This document shows positions 25,320-39,640 of a stretch of 64,000 nucleotides of DNA, piece by piece. The DNA is from Glaucostegus cemiculus. Its lineage: Eukaryota. Below the pieces are notes generated by a model. That model was not told the origin of the DNA. It did not search any database and saw only the letters and a program-made list of their open reading frames with translations. The stretch lies in contig CDPCPM010000281.1 in the NCBI GenBank assembly GCA_976551045.1, positions 5,084,001 to 5,148,000 of the forward strand. Reading direction: 5' to 3'. Position 1 is the first letter of the stretch. Every line of letters starts with the position of its first letter. The translations under genes and the position numbers were made by a program.

Positions 25320-25625
25320 GTGTTGGTTTATTACTGTCGCATGTAATGAGATACAGTGAAAAAATTTTGTTTGCATGCCATCCAGACAGATGGTGCCATG
25401 CAGTAGTACATTGAGGTAGTGAAAAAACCATAGAATGCAGAGTTGCAGTTACAGAGAAAGTGCAGTGCAGGTAGACAAATAAAGTGCAACGGCCATGATG
25501 AGGTTGATTGGGAGACCAAGAGTTCATCTTGCATTGTATGACAGGTCCATAAAAGAGTCTGAAAACAGTGAGATAAAAGCTGTCCTTGAACTTGGTGGTA
25601 CATGCTCTCAAGCTTTTATGTCTGG
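25320..25625 (-). mobile_element. Rex1/Babar-type LINE 3' end
   Basis: LRACTTKFKDSFYLTVFRL and the same 3' UTR as 18958-19560. Confidence 0.8.
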
Positions 25626-27239
25626 GAAGCACTCAAATACCAATTATACCATAAACTGATGAAGAATAATTTTCCTATTAGTTGCAAACTCAAATCAGAT
25701 TCAATGCTTGCACAGCGTCAGGAATTATTTTAGGAAGTGTAAAATTCTGTGTAGATTATCTATCCACAGCCAGGCTAATCAGGCTTAATTTTTCTCGCTT
25801 TGGCCACCAGGAACAGGCAGGAAATTAGGGATACAATGACATCCACTCCCACCATTAGAGCTTTTCACCCTCCAATCTCAGCCCTTGCCAGTCTGCAATC
25901 CCATGACTTTAGGAGCCCCACTTGAACACATTGCTGCTCTCACGGATCCCAGAGATTCCAACAATAAAGTTAATATCAGTACCATGCAGCAGAACAAGGC
26001 ATTTCTTTTCCTTCTTATCTAGAAAAGGCCTAGTATGAACATCCTTATGCTCTACATTGGCTTCAGAATCTGGGTCCATTGAAAGCCGAAGTTCAAAAAG
26101 TGTGCTTAGAAATTAGATGGAGCTAACAGCATTGTTTTTGTCTGCAATGCAATGCAGTTTCTATAAAAAATAAAACACAAATGAAAATCAGGGCCTCACT
26201 GTGAGGATCACAAAGTTCATGGGTGAGATTCTGGCATCTCTCTTGCAGCTGCTATGCAATGCAGGAGGGCCCCAGGCACATGCAGTGGTCACCAGTGAGC
26301 TGCAATGAATGGCTGGACCCCACTATTAGGATCCCGATTCTCAGTGCAGTCCCTTCTGCAGAGGTAGGTAGGCAGGCTTGACAGGTGTACTACATTGTGA
26401 CTTAAAGGGAAGGTTCCTGATCTGGTTCCCAGCATTTTGCTGGCAACCTAACTCAGCGAGGCCTCCTCTCAGTACTTACTTAGTGGGTCTCCTTTGTCTC
26501 ACTACCCCATCTACCATCCCCATTCCCGTCCACCCACAATGCTGCAATGCCCCAATCACTAATCTGTCACTCAAACTGACTCAGCCCCACCACCCCAGAG
26601 CCTGACAACCTCCAACCACTGACCCCCACTCCTTTAGGTGCTGATAGCACCACTGGCAAGTGACACCACCACCTCACCTCATCTCTTGACCTTCTTCCAA
26701 CCTACCCTTCGCCTAACTCCCACTCCAGCATAGCCCTCTGACACACTGATCCCCACCCAACAGCCTGGCCATTTACACACCCCTCCCACCACCACAACCA
26801 CCAGTCCCTGTCAGCCAACATCCTCCCCACAGCCTTAATTCAATTCACCATCCTCACCCACCAACCCTTGGGTCCAGTGACCCACTGGATCAAGCTGCAG
26901 CCCTAGAGTTACCCCATTTCCTTCATGCAACCTGCACAGGTGAAGCTTGCAATGGTCACTTACAGTGGAAAGTAACAGCCGTTGCTTTGGGCACAAATCA
27001 AATTTCCAAGCAGCACTATAACGGAGGTTAGCGAGATGCACAGCTGCTGCTGGGACTGAGAATACCCCAGGCCACAGTCCCTGAGAGACTTTGTCCCTGG
27101 CTTCCTTTCATCATTCATGACTAATGGTCCTGATGAGGCAGGGAGTCTGACAGTCATTTACCCAGCCCAAAACAACTATAATGCTAACCTTCGTTATCTA
27201 ATAGTAATCCAATAGCCACCCATACAGAACATTTCAGAT

Positions 27240-27500
27240 GAATTTCTTATGGATATAAAAGATATCAGTACAGAATTGTATTGGATTGTAAGTAGGGGTG
27301 CTTTCCCAGGCAAACAAGCCAATACTTATCAGTCAATGTTACTAAGAAACAGATTGCCTACTCATTATCATGTTGCTGTTGAGGGATCTTGCTATGTACA
27401 GATTGACTGTATGTGTCCTACATTACAACAATGGCTACAATTCAGTATTGTGCTTTGATACTCCTTATGTCAAGAGCGCAGTATAAATGCAAGTGCTTTC
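27240..27500 (+). mobile_element. Deu-SINE-like fragment
   Basis: GGATATAAAAGAT...CAGATT...TCATTATCA..TTGCTGTT...GGGATCTTGCT...CCTACATTACAACA; same family as 56040-56430. Confidence 0.6.
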
Positions 27501-27899
27501 ACTGTCAGCAGCACTTTGCTACAGTATGGATTGCTGCCCCTATGCTGGGGATACCACTCGTGAATCTGACCCAGGGGAAGTTGCATTGTTTTGCATCTTC
27601 TTAAATTGATTTTGTACTTCAACTGGAGAAAGAGAATTTTTTTACCCTTGCAGGACAACAGGAAGATTTAGGGGACCTGAATTAATGGAATAATCATTCA
27701 AAGACCCGACAGAAGTACAATGAGCTGAATGCTCCTCTATCGTGCCTTTTACCTCTTTCTGTAATCCCATAATTCCACTGAAGATCAAGGCCCCAGTCCT
27801 GGCACAGAACTCATGGTCCACCTGGCAGCAGCGACCCCTGCCTCCCCATATGCTTCTGAAATCTCGAATTCCAATAGAAAGCACGTCAAGTCACTGGAA

Positions 27900-28365
27900 A
27901 AATGCCACCAATGCTTTATCTGTAAAATCTACTTACAATGAACGAATCAATGTTAGCATCCTCTCCCAGGTCAACATCCCCAGCATTAAAGTCCTGCTTC
28001 CTCTCCATCAGCTACATTGGGCAGGCACTGTAGCTCACATGCCTGACACCAGACTCCCTACAAAGCTCCGCGGAAGAAGTGCAACATCCTTCCTGAGCCT
28101 TGGGAACGTCTGGCCCACGTCTACTCAAAGAAGAGGAGGAGCATTCAGACCCTCGATGCCATGGATCAGGAGCACACAGAAGCCCTGCCTAAGTGACAGG
28201 AGGAGCAGACCTCTCCACAAAGTAACCCCTCCCCTATCAGCCACCTTCTGCCCCACCTGTGGAAGAGTCTGTGGTACCCACAAAGGCCTCATCAGTCAGC
28301 TCAGCACCCACAGAACTGGAGTAGAAGCAAGTCATCCTGAATCCCCAGAGAATGCAGAATAAGAA
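27900..28365 (+). mobile_element. RTE LINE 3' end
   Basis: NVSILSQVNIPSI...QLHWAGTVAHMPDTRLP and the C2H2-like CPTCGRVCGTHKGLISQLSTH; tail GAAGCAAGTCATCC. Confidence 0.85.
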
Positions 28366-28997
28366 TTCAGTGAAGAAAGATCGTTACTTCAAAACTTTAA
28401 ACAGTTGTGTTTGTGGGGAAAAGAAACAAGACACACACATTACCTAACGGCAGAGGATTTGAACAGCTATAAATAGGGCCTTTAAAATGTTCTCTGGTTC
28501 AAACTGAGAATGAGGAACTGTTCAGTGCTTATGTTCACTGCCCTTTAGAAACTGCCAAGGAATCCGAGTCATAGGTGATAAGCTTAAAATAACTTGGATG
28601 GTTGAAATTTCATGAGGGAATTTGGAAAATAAAACCTAAGCCTTTACAAGGATGTCAGAAACAAGCAACTGGGCTTCAGTGCCATATGTAGAGATAATTA
28701 TTCTTTTCCTCTGCACTTCAAATGACAGAGGTAGCAATTCATTGGAAGCCTATTTGCATGATTCAATCTGAATAATTAATGGCAGCTTGTGAATGTGCGA
28801 ACATGGCTGGGTTAAAAAGGCACAAAAATAAAACAACTAAAAGAGTCTATACAGGCTCCAGACGGATTGGAGGGGAACTAAGAGGTTGGGAGAAGGATGA
28901 AAAGCTGGTGGGGGGAAGGGTTGCAAATGCAGAAACAGCTGGGGGTGGGGAGAATATTCGGAGGATTTGGGGAAGTGATGGGAAGCTCAGAGACTAT

Positions 28998-29195
28998 TGG
29001 TATTGGTATTGATTTATTATTGTCACTTGTACCGAGGTACAGTGAAAAACTTGTCTTGCATGCAGGTCATACTGATCAATTCATTACCAAGTGCAAATAC
29101 ATTGAGTTAGTACAGCGTGCATTGAGGTAGTACTGGTAAAATAAACAATAACAGAGTACAGAATAAAGTGTCACAGCTACAGGGAAGTGCATTGA
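28998..29195 (-). mobile_element. Rex1/Babar-type 3' UTR fragment
   Basis: (TATTGG)n followed by TTATTGTCACTTGTACCGAGGTACAGTGAAAAACTTGTCTTGCAT, as in the other copies. Confidence 0.78.
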
Positions 29196-29899
29196 CTAGA
29201 TGGAGGAACTGCCAATCAGGAAGGCTGCAGAGAGGAGTGATGGGTGAGCAATTGGGTGGGAAGGGATTTGGAGGGAAATGGATCTCGAGACCAGGCCAGG
29301 AGATGGTAAAGGGTTCTTCAAGAGGCAAGGGCATGGCATGCCGTCTCCTCTGGCCCACAAGTAATGCTACAAAGAGCACATATTTAGGAAGGCTGGAAGC
29401 TCCTGCCTTAGATAAGCTGCCAGGAATCCCATGAATGCCCCCCCACACTTACCATCAATGTTACATAGTATTGTGATGTCATCATCAGGCTGTGCTTGGG
29501 GAGGTTAATTAGGACCCTCCTGCTCTTAAGGGGACAGGAATGGGGTCAGGCCACTAACGCTCTATTAAAATCTCTCCTGTAGATCAAGGGTAGGATTAAA
29601 ACCAAAGCCATTGTTTTAGGAACCTATCTATGGTAAAGTCTATGGTCAGCTTTATGATGGGCTTCAACAACAGAGAAATGAATGCATTCCAGTCAAACCA
29701 TATTAGGTGAGAGTGAGGAGGGAAGGACTGAAAGAACATTAAGTTACCACGTGCTGGCTCTCCTGGGTCCTGGCTGAAATGCTCATTGCCTCAGGGTGCT
29801 GATGTTATTCCTACTGACGATAATGAAACTCCAGTGAGTCAAAAGAAAACGACACCTGCTAAAAATCAACAGCTTAGATTGCTTCTTTGAAGTTGTGAA

Positions 29900-30650
29900 A
29901 AATTGGTGGTGGTGTGGAAGGTTGTTTAAGGCTACAGCAGGATATTGATCAAATGGAAAGTAGGGAGGAGTGTTGAAAGATGAAATTTAATGTCAACAAA
30001 GTGCAAGCTGATGCACTTTGGGAAGTCAAACAGGGATAGAACGTATATATTAAATGGTAGGGCATCAAGGACTGTTGATGAGCAGAGGGCCTTTGGGGTC
30101 CATGGTTCCCTGAAAATGGCAGCACAAGTAGATAGGGTAGTGAAGGTGGTACATGGCATGCTTGCCTTCATAGGTCAGGGCAAGGAATATAAAAGTTGGG
30201 ATGTTATGTTGCAACTTTACAAAACACTGGTGAGACCACGCTTGGGGCATTGTGTGCAGTTCTGGTCATCAGGATTGCACTGGAGAGGGTGCAGAGGAGA
30301 TTCACCAGGACGCTGCCTGGACTGGAGGACTTTAGTAACAGGGAGAGATTGGATAGGCTGGGATTGATTTCTCTGGAGAGGAGGCAGCTAAGGGGTGACC
30401 TGAAGGAGATATATAAAATTATGAGAGGCATACATAATGTAGGTAGTCTGAATCTTTTTCCCATGTTAGGGATACCAAAAACAAGAGGGCATTGGTTTAA
30501 AGTGACAGGAAAGCGTTTTAAAGAGAATCTGAAAGGATTTTTTTTAAACAGAGAATAATTGATATGTGGAACTCACTGCCAGAGGAGGTGGTGGAATCAG
30601 TTACAGTCACAATATTAAAGAGCCATTTGAATAAGCAAGGCACAAAATAT
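29900..30650 (+). mobile_element. CR1 LINE 3' fragment
   Basis: KCKLMHFGKSN, GMLAFIGQGKEYKSWDVMLQLYKTLVRP, ALERVQRRFTRTLPGL. Confidence 0.92.
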
Positions 30651-33600
30651 AATTCAGAACCTTTTAAAAGTCCCAGTTACATTATTCATTTCCTACAAAA
30701 CAATATCCAGCTCACTTCAGAAGGCTCTAGAGCACCCTGGGACATCCTGGGGTCATGAAAGCTACTACATGCAAGTTTTATCCTTTCTATTTTCCCCCAC
30801 AGAGAAGTTTTTTTTTTAAATAGAGGAAAAAAACCTCAAAATGCACAATTTTGCAGACGTGGGTTTAGTGTAGATTGACAAAGAGGTCAGCATGGATCAT
30901 GGTGAGCATACAACTCCGTGACTCTACGGTCTGAGGACATTGTACATTCTACAAGTAAACAGAAATTAATCATTCCAATCTATTAAGGAATGTGGGCAAG
31001 AGGCATGGCTCTGTTCCAGATCAATCTGTAAGGCTTTCCCATTCTTTCTTGATACTGTCCCTGTTCCTCCATTATAATAGCAACTACGAGACAGGAGTGA
31101 ATCATTGGTGGTTAAGCCCCTTAGGACATTCCAAGTATGTGAAAGACATTATAGGAAATGGAATCCTCCTTTTAATTTAAGGACGTTAATGATCCATGAG
31201 AACCAATGAGCTTTACTCGAGGTCTACACAGAGCATACGGTCAATTTCAGATCCACTCACCACAACCCAAAAACTCCACCAGTGAAAACACCCTGAGCAC
31301 CAGCTGCTGCAGATCAAGGAGACCAGCTTCTCAGGCAAGTACTGAAACCATCTCCAAACAGGTGGAAAAGCAGGTATACAGGTGCAGGCAAAGTCAGTCT
31401 GGGCACACTGTATTTTTGTTTAATCACACGGTCTTAACCTAAGAAGCCTCCCAAATAAAGCTTGTAGCAATGAATAACTCATTCAACATAGAACAGCTAT
31501 TCAAAGTTCATTCAGGTGTTATCCTCTAAAGGCAATAAAAAAAGTAAATCAGGTGGTTGTAAAGCCATCTGCCGATCTGTTATCACCAATCTTGCACTGC
31601 TGTTAAATTTTAAATATTACCTTATACTTCTGCCAGTTCTCACTGTAAATAGACGTTTTTATAAATCATGTGTCCAACAGTGAAAGGAGGATGGAATACA
31701 ATTAAACTGTAGATCACAATTTCCTGCATGAAGAACTTCCTTATGAGAAATTTTATACGAATGTTTTGACCTTGTCAGATTACAGCGTATACTGACTATA
31801 AACATTGCACATATTGAGTGAAAGGGTGCACTTGTGGGGGAGAAAGCACAAAGAATGGGAAAGATTTTGTGGTCAGATTCAAGTGAACAGTGCAAGCTGT
31901 TCATTACACTTGTACTTGGTCCCATTCATGGTGCAGTTTTGCACAGGAATTTACTGTAACCAGATTAGGGACACAAAGCAGTGTACTGGAAGCAAAGAGG
32001 AGGAAAGAATAAGACAAAAACATGTTCAGTTTCTGACAAAATGAGATTCACAGTCAAAAAGGTAATTTTTCAGGGCAAGAGAGGTTGTTTGATAGCAACT
32101 GAGACATCATTAAAATTTCACTTACTGTACATTGCAATGGACATGTCCTGTTTTTTCCTAATGAGTTTAGCAGCAATGTTTTGCCATTTCACATGGTTGA
32201 ACAGTGAGACTCTCGGGAAGGTGACTTTCTCACACAGACTTTGGAGGAGTGCGACGTTTCAGAGAACAATTGCAGATTTTTGTGCTTAACTGTACACACG
32301 TGGTAACTGAATATTGTCCAATTTCCATTTTAAAAATTGTGGATTCTGCCAACTTTATCATTGTACCAGAGCGAAATGTAGCCCAGTTACATTGAAGTGC
32401 CTAGGCAATGAACAGTGAATGTGGAAATGACAAAATACTGATAAGTACTACTGAGAAACTGGCACCATGCTGACACTTATTATTTCTATTTGAAACACAA
32501 GCCTACAAAATAATAAACATTAAAATCTCATTATGCAATGTCTGATCCTATGAATTTCTAAAATGCCAGCTTTTCATTTTAAATGAAAATTGGCCAGCCG
32601 ATTTGGGCAAAAAACACTTCAAATTCTGCAATGTATTTAATATTTTACAGAACACCTGCACATTGCCATCTTTTCGAAATGTTGTTCATTTGCTCTCTCT
32701 CTCTCAGCAATTACCCCATCAGAGTGTATCATGTGACTTTACTCCCCATTCAATCATTATTTTCAATGTTGCCAGGGAAATTCAGCCATGTTATCTCATG
32801 GACTGAGCACTGGCATTGCCCCAGACCAGGTCCTCACTGAGCTGAGTCCCATTACTTAACCTCTATCCATTAAGTTCCCCATCCACCTCTCGTACTGAGC
32901 CTATGAGCCAACAATCTACCCCCCATGATCAGTGAACCCCAAGCTCTAAGGGAGGTCCCGGTCATCATTCCACATCTCCGACAAGATACCAATCCTCCAG
33001 CAGCCAAACTAAACCCTCCTCCACCATAAGCCTGTTCCTCCGACAGCCAGAGTAAATCCCCGCTCTTCCCCACCACAATCCAGCATTAAGTGTCCTGCAT
33101 CTTACCTTCTCATTCCCAAACTAGTTCTCAATCACAATGTCTTTTGTTGTCCTCCCAGCTCCAAATCCAGATATTTGTTCAAATATCTCACAAAATATTA
33201 ACTGAATATAATTTCAGCATTACTAATTAACAACCTTTGTGTATGGGTGCCAATTTGTCAGTTTCTACCTGATGTGAGTGTATGACATCTATCTTCTGTT
33301 CTTGCCTGTTGAGCAGCCCAATGGCAGGAACACCAGGGGTAACCAGCTGAAGATTCAGGCCTAGACTGTGTACTTCCTAGCATTCTGAAAGACAGCAGCA
33401 GTGTCCATGCTCATTCCAGCTCCACTGCTCCTCAGTATTGGGTCACGGTGAATACGGATGAACATACCTTTATTCTTGCTGGCAGATCATTCACCCCATC
33501 AATGCAGTAAGAGATAATCTTTGCCACTTTTGAACAATGCCTCAACAGCTTTGATCCGAATGTAGGTCAGTTGAATACCAAATATTAGCAGCCCAATATC

Positions 33601-34799
33601 TTTTCACATGTTCTCATTTCTTATTGACTACCTCGGCAACAAAACTATCCAAATTACTGAATGGATAACATTAGTCTTTTTGGTCTGATGTCTTTTCATT
33701 CAGCATTTCAAATCTCTAGTGTACTTCAGCTGAAAGAAGGACCAAATCAAAACTATTTCATTCGGTTTATACCTTCTTTGTTGTTTTCTTATTCTGGATG
33801 CCAAATGAATTCTTTATAATGTCTCTGTGAAGCAGAGAACAGCTAGCAGCTACACAGTCTGAACTTAACAGTGTGAGAAAGGGTCAATTGTTTAAAATAG
33901 ACTGATAAAAAAAAGAGCAATAAATATAAAGCTGGTCAAACAGTGAGCGGTGTTGGTTTTTCATGTTTGGTTCCACTTCAGTGCTAATTTTTTTCTGCGG
34001 AAGAAGAATTTAATGTAACAGCTTGAAGCTTTCACGGCATTACTCTTCTCACACAGTTGGGACGTGTACAGATGCAACATACAGCTGCAGTTTAAACATT
34101 TCACTGAGGCTGCTGTGTGCCTGTCATCTCAAAGGACATATCTGTCACTGCCTTTCATATATTTTCCTGACATCGTATCGTGCATGGCAATGTTGTCACT
34201 CTCGAGTGTCAGAACATACTCGGTCAACCTACTCTTCAAATGACAGTGTAGAAACCTTCAACAATGGCCACCAACCTACTTATTTGTTCTTCATGGTTGT
34301 TCTTATCAATGAAACATGGGGAAAAATGGTCCTTTTCAAGACCTATTACATTGTCAAACTCTGCACTGCAAAGGAATCCTGATAACAGCCTGGTTCTTTG
34401 TAGTTAGTCTGAAATATGCAAGGCTCAGATCCCTGAGGCTGAATTTTTCTGCTTTTTCTAATGTTTTTCAACCAACTTTCATCCTTCACTAAATGCTAGA
34501 GTTTGGGAATATTCTCAATTCAGTATGGTAATGCTCATCACTTACAGCATTACCAGGTGCTGGATCAAGTTAAAATAAAGGCAACATAATTTCAAATCAT
34601 TTTAGCAAAATGCAAACAGTCTACAAGCATTAAAGTCCTTCAATAATCCTTGCCCTTGCTTAAATTACACCATGAGAGTGTGTCATCTTCTTGACACCAG
34701 TCCACAGAGTGCACGTAAAACAACACCATGTGCAACACCCAATCATCCTTGCCTCAGGCCTGCAGTCAGCTCATCTTGGACTCAGGTTACATACATATC

Positions 34800-35090
34800 A
34801 CTACACTTCAGAATTCCTTCATTCTTGGAACACAGACCATTCAGCTTCTTAAATCTGTCCCATTATTTAATTCGATCATAACTGAACTGTGATCCAACTC
34901 CACATACCCATTTTTGCCCATATCTTCAAATACCTCCAAAGGTAACAATTGCCCTCGTATTGATTGCCATTTCCAGGACATCCAAACACTTCGCACTCTC
35001 TGCAGGTAAAAGCGTTCCCCGCATTCCTTCCTGAAAGACCCTTTGGCCTCTACCCCCTTATTTTGAAACTCCCCAACAGATAATAGATCC
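34800..35090 (-). mobile_element. Degenerate CR1 3' tail
   Basis: EFQNKG...RFYLQRVRSVW remnant with tail AGTTATGATCGAATTAAATAATGG. Confidence 0.5.
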
Positions 35091-35209
35091 AAGTCAATTG
35101 GTCCCAGAGTGCAGCCTTGGGGAAAAGCATGGGGATACGTGTGCGTGGTGGGCTGGGGTGTGCTCAAGAGGGTAGATGGAGAGAATCTATTAACCTTGAG
35201 GAAACTTAG

Positions 35210-35450
35210 TCACTCCCTATGACTGCGTGGGTTTCTTTTCGTCCTTCAACTTCCTCCCACATTCCAAAGGTGTGCAGACTGGTAGGTTAATTGGCCACTG
35301 GAAATTATATCAGTGATACTGGTAGAAACTGGAGGGAGCTGATGGGAATGTGGGGAGAATAAAATGAATTAGTGTAGGATTAGTGTAAATGCGTGCTTGA
35401 TGGTCAGATAGATTCAGGGGGCTGAAGGGCCTGTTCCCATGCTATGACCT
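35210..35450 (+). mobile_element. 5'-truncated V-SINE with CR1-like tail
   Basis: GCGTGGGTTTC...TTCCTCCCACATTCCAAAG...GGTAGGTTAATTGGCC...GGGCTGAAGGGCCTGTT. Confidence 0.75.
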
Positions 35451-36484
35451 CGGCACATTGAGGTGTGCACAGGTAGGAAATTCTGCTTGACTGTGTCATC
35501 ATCACCACAATAGGCACACCTTTTGAATTTGGCTCCTTGCCTGAAGAACAGAATTGTTGAATTTTGTCAGGTGAGTCCAAGCATAGCAAGCTCAGTTAAC
35601 TCCATGTCAGATCAGAAGGGAAATACAATGGAGACTATGTATTGCATTGACAACTACAGATATTTGCACATTTTAAGTTGTTTGCCAATCATGATAGAAC
35701 TTGCTAAATGAGAAGCTATTTTGAACTTTATTAGTAGTCTTGTGTGATTCAAATGAAACTTTTCCTGGTAATTACAGTTATTTAGGTCTTTCTTTTCAAA
35801 TTACTTTACGATTTACAATGCACTGCACATCAGCGTAAACATTTCTCCAGCTCACTGATGGGCCAATTTTGAAATTGGTAACTAGATGAAAGAAGTGTTT
35901 AGTTCTTATTTCCATAAACATATCTGAAATAAACAGAATGATAAACAGAAATACTCCTTTCAGCTAGCACCACAGGTGTTTCAGATTTAAATTGAATCAT
36001 GCAGGCTTCATTATTTTTCAGTAAGAATCTTATTTTAAATTGCAGGGAATGCATAATGATTTGGCTATTAATAAGCAAGAGTTCAACTTGTCCACACCTG
36101 CTTCCTCTACCCAAGTGAGAGTATTAAACTGTCTTCCTAACATAAAAGGCTATCCAACCTGATACGGGTTGCATTCTCCAAGATTGCAACTTACGGGGAA
36201 GCCATGGATATTACATACTTATGTTTGTGTATTCTGAGGGAAAAAGCAAGGTCTTGAAATTATTGGTGGGATCCTAACACCACGTGCATAGAGTTACACA
36301 GAGGCTGCTGCACAGCAAAGGGCTCATCTGGTCTAATTTGGCATTTATGGTCAATGCAACCTTCTTGCTTCACTGAAGCCCTATACTCCTTCTCCCACTG
36401 TTCCGTTTAGTTAAAACACATTCACCTGAAAATCTTTCTTCTAATATCTCAGTGGAGGAGTTGACTGGTTTAAAATAGGTTAAT

Positions 36485-37520
36485 CAATATAGAATAAAGA
36501 ATAGGACAGCACAGGAACAGGCCCTAAGGTCCACAGCGTTGCGCCGAATTAGTGTAGCGGTTAGCATCACACTATTACAGCGCCAGCGACCCGGGTTCAA
36601 TTCCAGCCGCTGTCTGTGAGGAGTTTGTATGTTCTCCCCATGTCTGCGTAGGTTTCCTCTGGGTGCTCTGGTTTCCTCCCACATTCCAAAGACGTATGGG
36701 TTAGGAAGTTGTGGGCATGCTATGTTGGCGCTGGAAGCGTGGCAACACTTGCGGGTTGCCCCCAGAACACTCTATGCAAAGATGCATTTCACTGTGTGTT
36801 TCGATGTACATGTGACTAATAAAATGATATCTATATCATAATTAAACACCTAACAAAACTAATCCCTTCTACCAACACCATGTCTCTATCCCTCCATTCT
36901 CTGCACCTTCATATGCCTCTCTAAGAGCCTCTTAAACACTTTCATCATATTTGCCTCCACTACCACACTGGCAGTGCATTCCAGGCACCCACCACTCTCT
37001 GTGTAAAAACTTGCCCCACACATCTTCTTTGAACTTACTCCCTCTCACCTTAAATGCATGCCCTCTAATATTAGACATTTCAACTCTGGGAATAAGATAC
37101 CATCTGTCTATTTATGTCTCTCATAATCTAATAAACCTCTATCAGATCTCCTCTCAGTCTCCACCACTCCAGAGAAAACAACCCAAGTTTGTCCAACCTC
37201 TCCTTATAGCACATGCCCTCTAATCCAAGCAGCATCCTGGTAAACCTTCTCTGCACCCTCTCCAAAGCCTCCACGCCCTTCCTGTAATGGGATGGCCAGA
37301 AATGAATGCAATAGTCCAGTTGTGGCCTAACCAGAGTTTTAAAAAGCTGCAACATAACTTCCTGACTCTTGAATTCAGTGCCTTGACTAATAAAGGCAAG
37401 CATGCCATATTCCTTCTTTAACACCCTGTGCAGCCACTTGCAGGGAGCTATTGATGTGGACTCCAATATCCCTCGGTGCATCAGCACTGTTAAGGACAGT
37501 GTATTGTCCCTTTTCATTCC
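36485..37520 (-). mobile_element. CR1 3' fragment containing a SINE
   Basis: YGMLAFISQGTEFKSQEVMLQLFKTLVRPQLDYCIHFWPSHYRKGVEALERVQRRFTRML. Confidence 0.92.
36550..36840 (+). mobile_element. Young tRNA-derived V-SINE inserted in the CR1 3' UTR
   Basis: A-box TAGTGTAGCGG, B-box GGTTCAATTCC, V-domain, tail AATAAA...ATATCTATATC; CpGs retained; possible TSD AATTA. Confidence 0.88.
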
Positions 37521-37994
37521 CAAAATCAAAGAGAAAGGAACTTCTGATCTCTGATGGAAGGTTATTCATCTGAACTCTTAACTCCATGGATACTGCCTGA
37601 TGTAATGAGCATTCACAGCATTTTCTGCTTTTATTTGGGACAAATGTTAGATGCAGCTTCAACAACACTCAAGGAGCCTGGTCCCATCAGGCCTTGAATG
37701 GCAGACCATACAGCTGAATAAACATATGTTCCCTCCGCCGCTGGTTTTAGCATGGCCACAGATGCCAAAGCTTCTTTAGAGTACCTTGGAAACTGTAAGG
37801 TCCACAAGGACATGAGCAGCAGGTGGATGGCATCTCCAGGTTCCCCTCCAGCTTGCATACTATCCTGGTATAAATGTACAGCACCATCCCTGGCTCAAAA
37901 TCCTGTAAGAGGGAGTAAGTGAAGGAACCTTCAATGCTATCAGTGTTGACCATGGTGCAAAAATTGTCCAATCGGAAACAATGTGAAATGCCAC

Positions 37995-38335
37995 TCAAAA
38001 TGCCTCACAGCTCCAGGGCTGTGAGTTCCATCCTGATCTCAGGGGCTGTCTTGCATGGAGTTTGCACACTCCCTCCGTGACCACATGTGTTTCACCTGGT
38101 GTCTGGTTTCCTACCACATCCCAGACAGACTGGTGGATTAATCAGTAATTTATTACACCTTACTGTAAGGAAGTGGCAAGAAAAATCAAAGGGCAGTTCG
38201 GTGGATATGTGAGAGGGAATAAGCCACAGAGCAACAGAGAAAATAAAGGAATTGGATGGACGGGATTGCTCTGCTGGGAGCTGGCATGAACACAACGGGC
38301 CAAATGGCTCCCTGCTGTGTTGCAATAAATAAACC
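37995..38335 (+). mobile_element. V-SINE
   Basis: TGCCTCACAGCTCCAGGG...GAGTTCCATCCTGA...TGGAGTTTGCAC...GGTTTCCTACCACATCCCAGAC; tail GGGCCAAATGGC. Confidence 0.78.
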
Positions 38336-39640
38336 CTTACTGATTTAAATGGAAACTTCAATGCAAGAATTCTTTGGGCATGGATGAAGCTCCTCAAAAA
38401 AGCCTCCTGGTTGTTTTCTCACCTTCCAAAGCCCCACCCCTCCATCAGCCAGGCCTTCAGCTTTTCAAGCTGTTCCCATGGCCCAGCTCCATGAGGCCCT
38501 ATTAGCAACCAGCAAGCTGCCTGACAATGCTTGTTCAGTCAGTGGATCAGCAACTCTCTCTAAATGAGGCTGCAGTCCTTTCTTTCTCCTTCCTTTTCTT
38601 TGCTCTTATCCCTTTCCTTTCTCCTTTGCCCTCTCCTACTACCTACCAATTCCTCTCTCTCGTGTCATGATTTGATTAATCTCTACCCATTGCTTGATGA
38701 TGTATTTTCTTCCTTTCCTTTCTGTCACAATAACAAGGACAATAATGTTAAATCTGAGCATCAGGGTACTTGGAATCAAATTATTCCATAAAACAAGTTT
38801 GATTGGTGTGTAGTTTTTGCCATGGATACAATATGGGCAATAATGACGGAACAGGCTGGCGTTTACTGGGAATCGCAACAACCAAGATCGAGGATAAAAG
38901 GAGCTTCTGCAGCAGAGGGACTGCAGGAAGGGCAGGACCAGGCAATGTTGCAACAGCAAAAACAGCAGCTTTGTGAGAGTGAAGACACAGAGATTAGAGG
39001 TAGCGTCTACCACTGAGCTGATTCACAAACACTCTGATTCAAGCTTTCCAATTATTTTATACTGTAAGTTCAACCTTGGCTAAAGATAGTTTTGAATTTA
39101 ATTTTAGAGCTCACTTTTCATTCTATTCTCCACACATTGCAGGAGTCTTGGTGTTTGTTTCTCATGACTGAGTTGCAACTGACCCTGAAGGAGCATTGCT
39201 TCCTTTCATCTCCACATTAGTACACATTATGCCTGACAAACTCCTGCCATATGAAGATACTTCCCACCAGCCAAAACGCAGGGTTAATAATAAAACCAAA
39301 GATCTGGAAGTACTCAGCAGCTCTGCCCACATCTGCGAAAAGAGAAACCAAGCAGGTCAATGATCTTTCATCAGAATGGATGATCTTTTATCATCGAGTT
39401 TGACCTGCTGAGTATTTCGGCTATTTGCTCTGTTTTCCTTTCTGACTTCAACCATCTGCAATAGTTTGCTTCATGAAGACATAAATTTCAGGAAGTCTTT
39501 TTGGCCACATGCATTCAATCCAGAAGCTGAGAGCCACAGGCAGCAATGGCAAACTGTTCACCTGTATTCAAAAATCCAACAACTAAGTTTCTGTGCTTCC
39601 ACCCATAACATTCATATTGGACCACCTCACACTGAATTCC

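Noticed and set aside
36550-36620. tRNA-like sequence
   Set aside because: It is the head of a V-SINE, continuing into the V-domain, not a tRNA gene.
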